A DNA stretch of 64,000 bases from Candidatus Dadabacteria bacterium (GCA_020849425.1 JADLGH010000007.1:2732-66731); one strand, 5' to 3'. Shown: positions 1 through 9,673, numbered from the stretch's first letter. A program made the numbers and translations. The notes: generated from the letters alone by a model not told the origin.

Positions 1-585
1 ACGCTCGCGAGCATAGCCGAGGAGCATCTCGGCTCGGCCGACCAGTGGCAGCTGATTGCCCAGGCTAACGATAGAAGCAACCCCGACCAGCTCGAGGTAG
101 GACAGACCCTGACCATACCGGCGAGCGGCGAGAGGTCGGACGCCGGGGCGGAGGACCTTTCCACCGACAGCTCCTCCATGCAGAGCGCGAACGACATGAA
201 CAGCCCTGACGACTCCGATTTACAGGCCGGGAATATGAACGATCCTGACAGTGCGACCATTCCAGGCGGCGAGAACGTTGCGGAGCCCGATCAGGAAACG
301 TACGGAGAAACGGCTCGCGACTTCGAGAGCGACAAGGCAAACGACCCTGCAGCCGAGAACGATTCCGCCCTCGACCAGCAGCAGGAAATCAGGGGCGAGA
401 TAACGGAAATAGCGTCGGGCAACGAGTCCGTCACCCTTAAAGACGAGCAGGGAATGACGCATAATCTCAAGCTCGAAGATGAAGGCATAGCCGACGGGGT
501 TTCGGTAGGCGACTTCGTTAAGGCCGAGATCGAAGGCGGAACGGTAGTTTCGCTTGAGAAAGTAGACAGAACCGCTTCCAGATAA
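1..585 (+). CDS. LysM domain-containing protein (5' partial; ORF enters from upstream of window)
   Basis: Frame 1 is open from base 1: TLASIAEEHLGSADQWQLIAQANDRSNPDQLEVGQTLTIP is a LysM-like motif. It is followed by an acidic low-complexity region and ends at TAA 583-585. Confidence 0.55.
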   Translation, partial: TLASIAEEHLGSADQWQLIAQANDRSNPDQLEVGQTLTIPASGERSDAGAEDLSTDSSSMQSANDMNSPDDSDLQAGNMNDPDSATIPGGENVAEPDQETYGETARDFESDKANDPAAENDSALDQQQEIRGEITEIASGNESVTLKDEQGMTHNLKLEDEGIADGVSVGDFVKAEIEGGTVVSLEKVDRTASR

Positions 586-650
586 CAGAAGCGCTCAAAG
601 AAAGACTCTCACACTTTCATCCTCCGGGGCGAATCGAATCGCCCGGATAC

Positions 651-690
651 GGGCCGGCACGGGCAACAAACCCGTGTCGGCCCTTTTTTC
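651..690 (+). terminator. rho-independent terminator
   Basis: GC-rich inverted repeat gggccggcacggg / cccgtgtcggccc with loop caacaaa, followed by a tttttt run, directly after the LysM ORF. Confidence 0.65.
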
Positions 691-797
691 GTTTTTGCCC
701 CGCCGGGCGCACAACTTTGACAACCCATGCTTTATATCAAATAATTTCTTCTCCGGGTTTCCGGAATAAAAGGCGATCCGCGGGGGAAAAGCCGAGA

Positions 798-1379
798 ATG
801 AAATATTTCCGATATACGACGCTTGCGTTGTCGTGTTTCCTTGCCGGGTGTGTCGCAACCCCCGGAACGATACAGGAGCTCAGCGAAAGGCAGGATAATC
901 TCGAGGCCGAAGTAGGCCGCATGTCGGATACGCTCACGGACGTGCAGCGAAAGCTCGAAATACAGAGCGCGCGTATACGGAACCTCGAGCAGAACTATTC
1001 CGATATATATCTGAAACTGGGCGAGCTCCGGGTAAGGCCGTCCCCCATCGGGCCTTCCGAAGCCGCCCCCGACCAGGGGACGGTGGGTCCGCCGGCGCCG
1101 ACAGCGGTGCAGGCCGAGAAAGACCTCTACCTCAGGGCCGGAAAGCTCTACAACCAGGGCCAGTTTTTAAACGCCATACTCGCTTATCAGGTATTCATCG
1201 ATACATATCCCGACGACAGCCGCGTGGCCGACGCCTATCTCAAACAGGGCCTCTCGCTCGTCAGGATCGGCAGAAAGGACGGGGCGAAATTTTTCTTCAG
1301 GACCCTTATAACGAGGTTCCCCGACTCCCCCGAGGCCGGCAAGGCCCGCGAGGAGCTTAAGAGTATCGATTCCGAATAG
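798..1379 (+). CDS. cpoB: Tol-Pal system protein YbgF/CpoB-like lipoprotein (coiled coil + TPR)
   Basis: ATG at 798 preceded by GGGGGA. The signal peptide carries a lipobox (FLAGC). An N-terminal coiled coil (LEAEVGRM...LEIQSARIRNLEQ) is followed by C-terminal TPR-like repeats (AYLKQGLSLVRIGRKDGAKFFF). The stop is TAG. Confidence 0.6.
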   Translation: MKYFRYTTLALSCFLAGCVATPGTIQELSERQDNLEAEVGRMSDTLTDVQRKLEIQSARIRNLEQNYSDIYLKLGELRVRPSPIGPSEAAPDQGTVGPPAPTAVQAEKDLYLRAGKLYNQGQFLNAILAYQVFIDTYPDDSRVADAYLKQGLSLVRIGRKDGAKFFFRTLITRFPDSPEAGKAREELKSIDSE

Positions 1380-1574
1380 CGGAAGCGGGCGGTATTTGTA
1401 CCTTTTCGTACAATTCCCACTGTCTTCATCCGTACCATGCAGCTTTCCACAACTATAGCGCCGCCGCTAACCCTCCCCGATTATTAAAGATTTTTGGCTC
1501 CTCCCATCGTGGCATGGCGGTTGCACTATAGTCACTGCAAAACATACTGCCATGCTTGGAAGGAGGCATAAAAA

Positions 1575-2132
1575 ATGGACAGGGTTAACACACTGGAAGC
1601 TATTTGGAATAAAATTACGAGATATATAGTCCCGGGAACTCTGGGCGTTCTCATGGTATACGGCGCTGGGACCTCGGTCTTGTCCCGGCAGTCCTCGGGC
1701 TCCGAGCTCAAGGTCGAGGCGCCGTCGTACGACGCCCTTTCGGGCGCAGCGGTATCGAACCCCTACAGCCCCGAGCTGAAGGATATATTCTTCGATACTA
1801 ACAGCCATCTTATAAGGGAAGACGCAAACCCGGTCCTCGATGAAAACGCCGAGGTACTGAAGAACGAACCGGGCACGTTCGTGGTGATCGAGGCCTTCTG
1901 CGACTCGAGGGAAGCCCCGGCTTCGAGCCTCGGGGTCAAGAGGGCCGAGAGCGTCAAGGACTACATGGTGGATCACGGAGTCGGGCCCGAGAGAATAATC
2001 ACGGCCAACAAGTGCAACATCTACGACATGCAGCTTGTAAGGAGCGTGGATACAGAGAGGCTCGACAGCAGGGTTCGCTTCATAGCCCTCGACCGGATTA
2101 GCGGCGACGAGTCCTACGCTTTAAACAAATAA
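1575..2132 (+). CDS. OmpA-family peptidoglycan-associated protein (Pal-like)
   Basis: RBS GGAAGGAGG precedes ATG 1575. The C-terminal OmpA-like domain reads NSHLIREDANPVLDENAEVLKNEPGTFVVIEAFCDSRE...LGVKRAESVKDYMVDHGV. The gene lies next to the YbgF-like gene. Confidence 0.7.
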   Translation: MDRVNTLEAIWNKITRYIVPGTLGVLMVYGAGTSVLSRQSSGSELKVEAPSYDALSGAAVSNPYSPELKDIFFDTNSHLIREDANPVLDENAEVLKNEPGTFVVIEAFCDSREAPASSLGVKRAESVKDYMVDHGVGPERIITANKCNIYDMQLVRSVDTERLDSRVRFIALDRISGDESYALNK

Positions 2133-2171
2133 CCGCATAAGGCATATTCTCCTTATCTCCGGATATAAAGA

Positions 2172-2212
2172 GCCGCCCCGAGGGGTTTCCGTCCCCGGGG
2201 GCGGCTTTTTTA
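2172..2212 (+). terminator. rho-independent terminator
   Basis: gccgccccgagggg...ccccgggggcggc hairpin followed by ttttttat, 40 nt after the OmpA-family stop. Confidence 0.6.
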
Positions 2213-2484
2213 TTTGAGCCGTTCTTCGGCCTACATGCCGCGGCTTCTTCTTTCGCGCTCCTGGCTCTTGAGGAGATAAACGGCCGCGATTATCAAAAGC
2301 ATCGGGAGGAGCATCAAGAGAACATCGGGGAATCCAAAAAGGGGCAGATACGCTTTCTCCCGAAGCCGGGCTGGCCAAATGAGAGAAATCCAGTAAAGTG
2401 TTTAATAATGACAAAAGGATTTTCCGTTAAGGAGAAGCCGGATGTTGTAAACCGTAACATCAATAGGAATAAGGAGAACGGATC

Positions 2485-2868
2485 GTGAAAAAGGTAATCG
2501 CAGCATGCCTGATTGTTATGTTTTGTGGAGCGGCGAATGCTCAACAAGCTCCGCAAACTTTTGCGGTGGTTTGGGAATGGAGTACGGAAGACCGGGATAT
2601 GGTGAATAGTAATCTGGCTGCTCAAACTACGCAGTTAATAGATTTATGGAGGAGCGGAATCGTAGAAAATGTATACTTTAACACGGAAACCAAATTCGCC
2701 GACGACAGGCCGATGCCCGAGGTAGTATTCTTCATTAAAGCCGAAAATGAAGAAGAAGCAAAAAAATTATTAGACGAAATGATATTTGTCAAAAAGAATA
2801 TTGCCAAGTATGAACTGCACCCTGTCGGCGTCCTGTGGCTCACGAAACATGAAACAGAATCTAAATGA
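2485..2868 (+). CDS. hypothetical exported protein (ferredoxin-like / muconolactone-isomerase-like fold suspected)
   Basis: Signal peptide MKKVIAACLIVMFCGAANA. RBS AAGGAGAACGGA. The local region is lower in GC than its flanks. No confident family assignment. Confidence 0.5.
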   Translation: MKKVIAACLIVMFCGAANAQQAPQTFAVVWEWSTEDRDMVNSNLAAQTTQLIDLWRSGIVENVYFNTETKFADDRPMPEVVFFIKAENEEEAKKLLDEMIFVKKNIAKYELHPVGVLWLTKHETESK

Positions 2869-3072
2869 CGGGTAGAGGTTAGGGCTGGATTATTGTATCA
2901 CCCTGAAGTTTTCGTGGACGCGTTTCACGGGCAGCATGTTAAAGCAGTGCATTACCGATCACCATTATGATCTCGTCGGGGATTGATAAGATGGGGGGTT
3001 GATAAGGTCATTGCTCCTTGCCGTCTCTTCGGCATCTTGACCCCGATTGTCAACCGGGAGGAAAAATAACCA

Positions 3073-3642
3073 ATGGACAAACCCGTTAACATTCTCGGCA
3101 TTGCCGGAAGTCTTCGGCACAAGTCCTACAACCGTTCTGCTTTGCGCGCGGCAAAGCGCCTGGCGCCCGAAGATGCGACTCTCGATATCTTTGAACTGAA
3201 CGGTATCCCCGGTTTCAATGAGGACGAAGAGAAAAATCCGCCTGCCAAAGTCGCGGAGTTAAAGAAGCGAATACGCGAGGCGGATGCCGTGCTGATTGTC
3301 ACACCCGAATACAACTATTCCATACCCGGGGTATTGAAGAACGCCATCGACTGGGCGTCCCGGCCTTATGGCGACAACGCATGGTCGGGTAAGCCCGTGG
3401 CCGTCATGGGCGCTTCGATAGGAACGATCGGAACCGCGCGGGCCCAATATCATTTACGTCAGGTCTTCGTCTTTCTGAATATGCATCCCCTAAACCAGCC
3501 CGAGGTTATGATAGGAAATGCAGCCGAGCGATTCGATTCCGATGGAAACCTGACCGACGAGAATTCAAAGGAATTGATCGGCCGGCTTTTAAAGAATCTG
3601 GTAACGTGGGCGCGCCGGCTCCAGAGTCCCGAGCCCGCATGA
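3073..3642 (+). CDS. NAD(P)H-dependent FMN reductase (flavodoxin-like fold, ChrR/SsuE/YieF family)
   Basis: NILGIAGSLR...SYN N-terminal motif, LIVTPEYNYSIPGVLKNAIDWAS core and 189 aa length. RBS GGGAGG. Confidence 0.8.
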   Translation: MDKPVNILGIAGSLRHKSYNRSALRAAKRLAPEDATLDIFELNGIPGFNEDEEKNPPAKVAELKKRIREADAVLIVTPEYNYSIPGVLKNAIDWASRPYGDNAWSGKPVAVMGASIGTIGTARAQYHLRQVFVFLNMHPLNQPEVMIGNAAERFDSDGNLTDENSKELIGRLLKNLVTWARRLQSPEPA

Positions 3643-3749
3643 TATGGATACGGCAAATACACCTGCGCCCTGTCTACCGAGCCTGAATACCCTTACAGAA
3701 CAGCCGTCGGCGCCGTGATAGCAATGTAATATGTCTAAGAGGGAAGAAT

Positions 3750-4652
3750 TTGAATACGTTTCGCTTACCGGCCGAGTCCCACATCGGTCATGTCCACCTG
3801 CTGGTGTCGAACCTGGAACGAGCCCTGGCCTTCTACGGGGGGCTGCTGGGCTTCCAGGAAGTGGAGCGAAACGGCGCCACGGTCATTCTTTCGGCCACCG
3901 GGCAGCCGCCTCATCACATCCTCATTACAGAACTACCCGATTCGCAGCCCAAGCCATATCGTACGACCGGTCTGTTCCACGTGGCTATTCGCCTCCCCGA
4001 TCGGTACGAATTAGCACGGATATTCAAACATTTGCTGGCGCATGATCAGCATCTCCAGGGGCTTGCCGACCACGGGGTCAGCGAGGCGCTCTACCTGGCC
4101 GATCCGGACGGTAACGGCATCGAGATCTACGCCGATCGCCCGCGAAGTCTCTGGTCGTGGCGGAATGACCAGGTAACCATGACCACCGATCCCCTGGATA
4201 CCCGGGGCCTCCTGGAAACGGCTGGAGATACGAGCTCATGGAAGAATATTCACCCCGAAACCGATATCGGGCACGTGCACCTGCGTGTCTCGGATTTAGC
4301 GCGGGCGGAAGCGTTTTATCATGATCTGCTCGGGTTAGACGTTACCCAGCGGGATTATCCCGGGGCGCTGTTCCTCTCGGCCGGCGGGTACCACCATCAC
4401 GTCGGGCTCAACATCTGGGCCGGGATCGGAGCGCCGCCTCCACCACCCAACGCAGTGGGTCTCCGGTCGTTTGCTCTCTCCGTCCCCGACGAGGAAACCT
4501 GGCGCGCCGTGAAGGCGCGAATGAATTCAGCCGGGGCGGCGGCCGCAGGCGAGCGAAACTACGGTTACGCGACCGGTGCCCTGTTTCGCGATTCCGATGG
4601 GAATGGAATCGAGCTCCTGTTAGAACGAGACAAGCCCGGGAGAAGCGCGTAA
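3750..4652 (+). CDS. VOC-family protein with two glyoxalase/extradiol-dioxygenase-like domains
   Basis: The motif IGHVHLxVSxLxRAxAFYxxLLG occurs twice (residues ~12 and ~165). Length is 300 aa. Confidence 0.75.
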   Translation: MNTFRLPAESHIGHVHLLVSNLERALAFYGGLLGFQEVERNGATVILSATGQPPHHILITELPDSQPKPYRTTGLFHVAIRLPDRYELARIFKHLLAHDQHLQGLADHGVSEALYLADPDGNGIEIYADRPRSLWSWRNDQVTMTTDPLDTRGLLETAGDTSSWKNIHPETDIGHVHLRVSDLARAEAFYHDLLGLDVTQRDYPGALFLSAGGYHHHVGLNIWAGIGAPPPPPNAVGLRSFALSVPDEETWRAVKARMNSAGAAAAGERNYGYATGALFRDSDGNGIELLLERDKPGRSA

Positions 4653-4826
4653 CATTCCGCTGCACTGAAAATGCAATTGCTGCGGCGGCAGGTCATATTC
4701 CCTTTTCTAATTCGTTAAAATGGCTGGGGCTATTGAATACACTTCGAACCCCGGAATATCATCCTCTTTTAGGTCACTTTACCCGTACAGCTTTCGGGTG
4801 AGGGTCAAAGCACGGGTATCGCGCTT

Positions 4827-5594
4827 TCAGTGATGCTCGTGATTGCTGTTAATCCCGATAACTAATACCAGCAACAGGGTAAGGGTAGCGGGAAGAGAAA
4901 GTACCAATAAACCCCAGCCGGGCGAGTTTTTCCCTGTTGCCGGATCGTAATTGAAACAGGAAAAAGACCGTTTGTTGTCGGGTAAAGGATAGGAAGGTAC
5001 GAAAACATCGTTTATTTCTACTATCATGGCGCCAAGGGCCGCCTCATTTCTCAATCCTATCAGTTTCTTGGTAATGAGACCGTTCCTGTTAATTCCTATC
5101 AACAACGCTTCGTGATCGAATTGCCTTTTGGCGCCGGCCCGGACAGGGTTAAACCCTATGGACCGGTTTAACTTATCGATCTCGCGAGAGACAGCAAACT
5201 CCCACCTGGGATCTTCGTCCAGGGTAAATCTTTTGGCCATACCCTGCATATCCTCAAGGGTATCGAGCGGATCGAAGCTGAGTACGAGAATCGTAAACTC
5301 CCTTTTGGGGTCTATCAATTCGATGTTCTCCTTCAACCTCATCAGGAGCGGATTGCAAACGCCGGCACAGCGTGTATAAACCAGGGTTAATATTATCGGC
5401 CGACCGCTGTATATTTCCGACAGGTATATGCCTCCTTCCTCCGTTGTTACCCTTATATCCGCTACGGGTTGATATATATTAGTCTCCTCATCCAAATTAT
5501 AGACCGGAGTCAGTGCGTATAATTTCGGAGCCCATAATAGAAGGATCATCGGGAATATGTAAGCAGCTTTAAGCATTTTCGTAATATATCCCAA
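4827..5594 (-). CDS. SCO1/SenC-family copper chaperone (thioredoxin-like)
   Basis: CAGVC (CxxxC) motif, an N-terminal membrane anchor and a C-terminal membrane helix. Lies downstream of the heme-copper oxidase subunits I and II on the same strand. The true start may be an internal Met (positions 7 or 16), which would reduce the 49-nt overlap with the upstream gene. Confidence 0.7.
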   Translation of the reverse strand: MGYITKMLKAAYIFPMILLLWAPKLYALTPVYNLDEETNIYQPVADIRVTTEEGGIYLSEIYSGRPIILTLVYTRCAGVCNPLLMRLKENIELIDPKREFTILVLSFDPLDTLEDMQGMAKRFTLDEDPRWEFAVSREIDKLNRSIGFNPVRAGAKRQFDHEALLIGINRNGLITKKLIGLRNEAALGAMIVEINDVFVPSYPLPDNKRSFSCFNYDPATGKNSPGWGLLVLSLPATLTLLLVLVIGINSNHEHH

Positions 5595-6988
5595 AAGAAA
5601 ATGAGAACTGCCGCCAGATATACGGCGGCGAATACAGCCGCAATCCGGGCAAAAGATGCAGCTAATGAAAACTCCATCGGATAAATATTGAACCTTCTGG
5701 GAATTGAATATGCGCCTCCCAGATAGAACATCAAAAGAAATCCTGTTCCACCGACGAGCAGTAGTGCTATCTTTAGCCTGTTGGCTCCGCCACTCTCACC
5801 AATGCCGGCAAAACGGTTTGCCGCCCAGTTAAAAAAGGCCAGGCTGAACAAAACATTCCCCATGGCATTATAAGTATGAAAATGCGCCGGCACCCACAGG
5901 GTGTTGTGCAGCACAAGATTATTGGTGATCGTAGCATCGATCACGGCGCCTAATCCGCCGATTACCCATCCCGCCACACCCATGAAATACAAAACGTTAG
6001 TGAGCGACCAGCGTATCGAATTGCGGTAAATCAAGGTCAGAACGCTAAAAACAGTCACGACGGCCGCCGGTAAACTCGCCAGGTAAGAGGCTACCTGTCC
6101 TACAATCTGAAAGCTCTCCGGCTGAACGAAATCCATATACATATGATGGAAGAACGCAGTGAGGATAAAAACCAGGGTACAATTCCACGCCAGAGCGACA
6201 TACCAGGTAGTTTTCCATTTGGGGCGGCCGCTCACTTCCGGGAATAGCTCATATAGGGTCGCCAAGCCCAGATAGAGCATCTCGTTCGCGATGGTGTGAC
6301 CGAAGAAATAGGTAAGGTTCTTCATCAGGAGCGGATCATTTACAAACGTTCCCGAAGAAAAATACTCCGCGAAGAAGAGCACGATCAGTAATACTGCAGC
6401 CAGCAAACAGGTGATAACTCCGATTAAAGTTATAACGGTTATCAAAATAAACGGCGGGGTTTCAAAAGATGGATTCTTACCGAAGTGCTGCCATGCGAGC
6501 GCCCGTGTGATCGAATATTTCTTAAAAATCGCCATCAGCAGACTTACGCTCCACACCAGCCAGCCGACACCCAGGATTGTCAAAGAAACGAAAAATAATG
6601 GAGTGGCCCACCCCGCCCAGGCGATTTTAAAGGGCAAGGGATATAAAAAAGTCCATCCGGTGTGAAATTTGCCGACAAACGTAGTTACCCATAACAGTAC
6701 GACCCCGATTATGGTAAACAGCAGCGCAAATATGTTTGACTTTACCGGCGCAGAGACATAGCGCTGCATTAAATAATTCACACCGACCATTCCCGCTACG
6801 AACCAAATCCCGATCATGGTAAACCCGTGAGTGGTCATCTGGGAATAGAAGACTACGGGTGATTGACTGATTACCCCTCCCTGGCTGAGCCGCATGATTA
6901 TTCCCAATACCACGCTCAGGATAAAGAGCAAAAGTATGGCAATGATCCAGATAGATGTGGTTCTTGCGAGTGTAGTTCTTTCCATCAT
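5546..6988 (-). CDS. heme-copper oxidase superfamily subunit I (divergent; lacks cross-link Tyr, NOR-like)
   Basis: 12-TM protein with TMIGIWFV, FFGHTIANE (CuB His but no Tyr at +4), HHMY and HFHTYN heme-ligand motifs. At 480 aa it is shorter than A-family CoxI. Confidence 0.85.
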   Translation of the reverse strand: MMERTTLARTTSIWIIAILLLFILSVVLGIIMRLSQGGVISQSPVVFYSQMTTHGFTMIGIWFVAGMVGVNYLMQRYVSAPVKSNIFALLFTIIGVVLLWVTTFVGKFHTGWTFLYPLPFKIAWAGWATPLFFVSLTILGVGWLVWSVSLLMAIFKKYSITRALAWQHFGKNPSFETPPFILITVITLIGVITCLLAAVLLIVLFFAEYFSSGTFVNDPLLMKNLTYFFGHTIANEMLYLGLATLYELFPEVSGRPKWKTTWYVALAWNCTLVFILTAFFHHMYMDFVQPESFQIVGQVASYLASLPAAVVTVFSVLTLIYRNSIRWSLTNVLYFMGVAGWVIGGLGAVIDATITNNLVLHNTLWVPAHFHTYNAMGNVLFSLAFFNWAANRFAGIGESGGANRLKIALLLVGGTGFLLMFYLGGAYSIPRRFNIYPMEFSLAASFARIAAVFAAVYLAAVLIFFWDILRKCLKLLTYSR

Positions 6989-6995
6989 AATTTAA

Positions 6996-7559
6996 TCACC
7001 TTACTGTAAACGATGCTCTCATTACGGCATGCGCCAATCCGCAAAACTCGAGACACAGCACCTTATAAGTTCCCGGCTTTTCGAACTTCCACCTGAGACG
7101 GTTTACGTAACCCGGCATGGCCTGCGTCTGGGCTATAAGGTTGTTGCTTTCATCGTATATGCCAAACCCGTGGTTAACGTCCAGGCTCGTTACCCTGAAC
7201 TCGACCAGCTCGCCTCTTTTCAATTCTATCGCCTCTCCTGCGCCGGGATTTCCGGGTCCTATAGCCTCAGAGGACAGGGCCCAGTAATACTGCTGGGCAG
7301 CAACGAACACAACCCTCGAAGGACTCTCCTTTTCAAACAGGTAATATGGTGATTTCGGAATGGTGAATGAAGCAAAAATAAAGAGGGCTGCGGTCAAAAG
7401 CAAAAAGAACCAGAATCGCTGGGTGTTATTAAGGCCTTTTCCGTCTTCCTTTTGCGAACTTTTTGCACCCGATGAGAGATAGACGTAGACGAATACTATG
7501 GCGACAAGTGCTGCCAGCAGCAAGAATAAGACTAGAATGAATTCATGTTTATCGCTCAT
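6996..7559 (-). CDS. heme-copper oxidase subunit II with CuA centre (cupredoxin)
   Basis: Two N-terminal TM helices followed by a cupredoxin domain. CuA ligand motifs are VNHGFGIYD and CLEFCGLAHAVM (C-x-E-x-C-G-x2-H-x2-M). Confidence 0.8.
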   Translation of the reverse strand: MSDKHEFILVLFLLLAALVAIVFVYVYLSSGAKSSQKEDGKGLNNTQRFWFFLLLTAALFIFASFTIPKSPYYLFEKESPSRVVFVAAQQYYWALSSEAIGPGNPGAGEAIELKRGELVEFRVTSLDVNHGFGIYDESNNLIAQTQAMPGYVNRLRWKFEKPGTYKVLCLEFCGLAHAVMRASFTVR

Positions 7560-7683
7560 ATCACCCCCTCATCCGTCCTCGATCACAGCATTTAAATTTT
7601 TTCTGCGCCCCGGTCGCTCTACAAAAATGCGTTGGATAACTGGATAAAAATGCACTTCCTTGACATCAGCCCTATATCATTTT

Positions 7684-7696
7684 ATGATATTATCAT
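7684..7696. promoter_or_regulatory. perfect 13-bp palindrome ATGATA-T-TATCAT in divergent oxidase/Rrf2 promoter region
   Basis: Read directly from the sequence. It sits in the 184-bp AT-rich intergenic region between the oxidase subunit II start (7559, minus) and the Rrf2 start (7744, plus). Confidence 0.4.
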
Positions 7697-7743
7697 GAGA
7701 ATGTGATAAATGCAATTCTCGGTTTCTACCGGATCGATAGATA

Positions 7744-8193
7744 ATGATTTCTCAAACATCACGTTATGCTTTAAAAGCTTTGGTTTTTCTCGTTCAGAAG
7801 GGTGGGGGGGGTCCCGTCAAAGTAAAGGAAGTCTCAGAAAATTTGGATATCCCCCAAAACTACCTCTCAAAAATATTTCACGTGCTCACCCGAAGCGGCG
7901 TGTTGAAATCGACCACCGGAAAATCAGGGGGGTTTCAGCTGGCGGTCCCGACCGACCGGCTTCTGCTCGCGAAAATTATAGCGCCGTTCGAGTCGTCCGA
8001 ATTCCCCGTCGCATGCATACTCGGTCAAGCCGTATGCTCGGATGAAAATCCGTGCGCGGCCCACAACAAATGGAAGGCAATTTCAGCACTCGTCGGCTCT
8101 TTCTTCGACATGACGACACTCCAGGAGATTCTGGAACGAGAAAATATGCATGACGGATGCGCCGCTGCCGCGACATTATCCGAGGAACAATAA
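7744..8193 (+). CDS. Rrf2-family transcriptional regulator (NsrR/IscR-like, 3-Cys cluster ligands)
   Basis: N-terminal wHTH MISQTSRYALKALVFL. Three-Cys motif CxxxxxxCxxxxxC (CILGQAVCSDENPC), typical of Fe-S-binding Rrf2 regulators. Confidence 0.8.
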   Translation: MISQTSRYALKALVFLVQKGGGGPVKVKEVSENLDIPQNYLSKIFHVLTRSGVLKSTTGKSGGFQLAVPTDRLLLAKIIAPFESSEFPVACILGQAVCSDENPCAAHNKWKAISALVGSFFDMTTLQEILERENMHDGCAAAATLSEEQ

Positions 8194-8247
8194 ACCGGGT
8201 TATATCGCAAGGATTAACAAAACTCATCTATAAGGAGGTAAGACAAA

Positions 8248-8724
8248 ATGGAGCATAATAATTTTCTCGAGGCTTTCAAAGAAGAGCATAAGATAATTTT
8301 TAATAATTTGCTGAGCCTGAAAGACGCGGTGGAACGAAAAGACACCGAGGACGCTGAAAATCTGGTCAGGTTTCTGGATGAGATCATGGGACCTCATTTC
8401 AGGGTCGAGGAGGAAGCTCTCTACCCGATGTTGGCCGAATACTTTGGAGAGGATAGCGTCGAACACCTCCTGGAGGAACATACGATGGCAACCGAGGCAA
8501 TGAATGAATTCAAGCATAACATCGGGAACAAACAATATATGGTCGAGCGTGGAGAAGACACGTTAAAAAAACTTCAAGGATTTTTCCTGCATGTAACGAG
8601 CTGCGACGGGCTCTCCATAATAATCGAAAAGTTCTCAGACCGCCAGAAAAAGAATCTCGACGCACATCTGACGAAGGTCAGGGACGAGGCAATTCCTCTG
8701 ACAGTTTGGAAACAGGGAATATAA
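8248..8724 (+). CDS. hemerythrin-like (HHE cation-binding) domain protein
   Basis: His/Glu motifs HKIIFNNL, HFRVEEEALYP and EHLLEEH. RBS AAGGAGG at 8232. Lower-GC region. Confidence 0.7.
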   Translation: MEHNNFLEAFKEEHKIIFNNLLSLKDAVERKDTEDAENLVRFLDEIMGPHFRVEEEALYPMLAEYFGEDSVEHLLEEHTMATEAMNEFKHNIGNKQYMVERGEDTLKKLQGFFLHVTSCDGLSIIIEKFSDRQKKNLDAHLTKVRDEAIPLTVWKQGI

Positions 8725-8862
8725 CCCGTACTCGACATAAACGAGTAAGGAAATGAATAGTGAGGAATCCTGGATCAGTTGTTCATACGTAAGTACCCGA
8801 TATGACGGGATAGTCACAAATAATTATTATAGAGGTCGAAAGCAATTCGAAGCATAAATGTC

Positions 8863-9240
8863 ATGGAAACACATATAAAACAATTTCTTCTCAATGCAGA
8901 TTCGAAAGCGCTGGCAACGCTGTCTCGCGATGGTGCAATTAACGTCGTCCCTGTATCATCGATAAAAATTATCGAAGACAAGATCGTGCTCGTTAATTAC
9001 TTCATGGAAAAAACATTAGATAATATCCTGAGCAATGATAATATTGCACTGGTCGCATGGTCCGGAATGGCAGGATATCAGGTTAAAGGCAAGGCGGAAT
9101 ACAGGACATCCGGTGATACTTTTGACATGGTGACAAGCTGGATTAGAGAGACTATCCCTGGTCGTGTAGTAAAAGGCGTTCTCATCATAGAATCTGCTGA
9201 AGTTTACAATGTCGCACCCGACAAAAAAAGGCCGGAATAA
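8863..9240 (+). CDS. pyridoxamine 5'-phosphate oxidase-like FMN-binding split-barrel protein
   Basis: LATLSRDGAINVVPVS...IVLVNYF...VKGKAEY pattern of the PNPOx-like family. Length 125 aa. Confidence 0.6.
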   Translation: METHIKQFLLNADSKALATLSRDGAINVVPVSSIKIIEDKIVLVNYFMEKTLDNILSNDNIALVAWSGMAGYQVKGKAEYRTSGDTFDMVTSWIRETIPGRVVKGVLIIESAEVYNVAPDKKRPE

Positions 9241-9673
9241 GATTATCTTCCGCAACATCGCGAGCCGCGAGGTAATGCACTAGACCGAGCCGGTGTCCTG
9301 AACGATATAAGTCCTTATATGTCCCGGTACAGGAAAGTTTTACAGTATGTGACCTAAAGAAGTAAGAGTCATGTCTTCCGGGGGCTTGACACCATTAGAC
9401 AAGAGTATTACTACCGACGCAGAAAGTGTCATGAACTAAAAACCAGGCAATATTCGATTAACGAGCGGATTAAAAGGTATCTAAAGCCGATGGAACTTTC
9501 AAAGTTACTCTTTCCATAGCATCAGGGCTTATGAGCTTTTCGAAAGTTCGAAAATAGAGCAAAAGAGGAAACTGATCAACCATGTATTTTCGAGCCTCGA
9601 ATTAGATGCAACCCTCCGTTATTCTTTGAAAAAACCCTTTGATTTAATGGTAGATTGCCATACTCATAAGGAA

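Noticed and set aside
3731-4045. Alternative-frame ORFs overlapping the VOC-family gene (also 3790-4014)
   Set aside because: Their translations are Arg/Pro-rich without motifs. The 3750-4652 frame carries the duplicated glyoxalase motifs.
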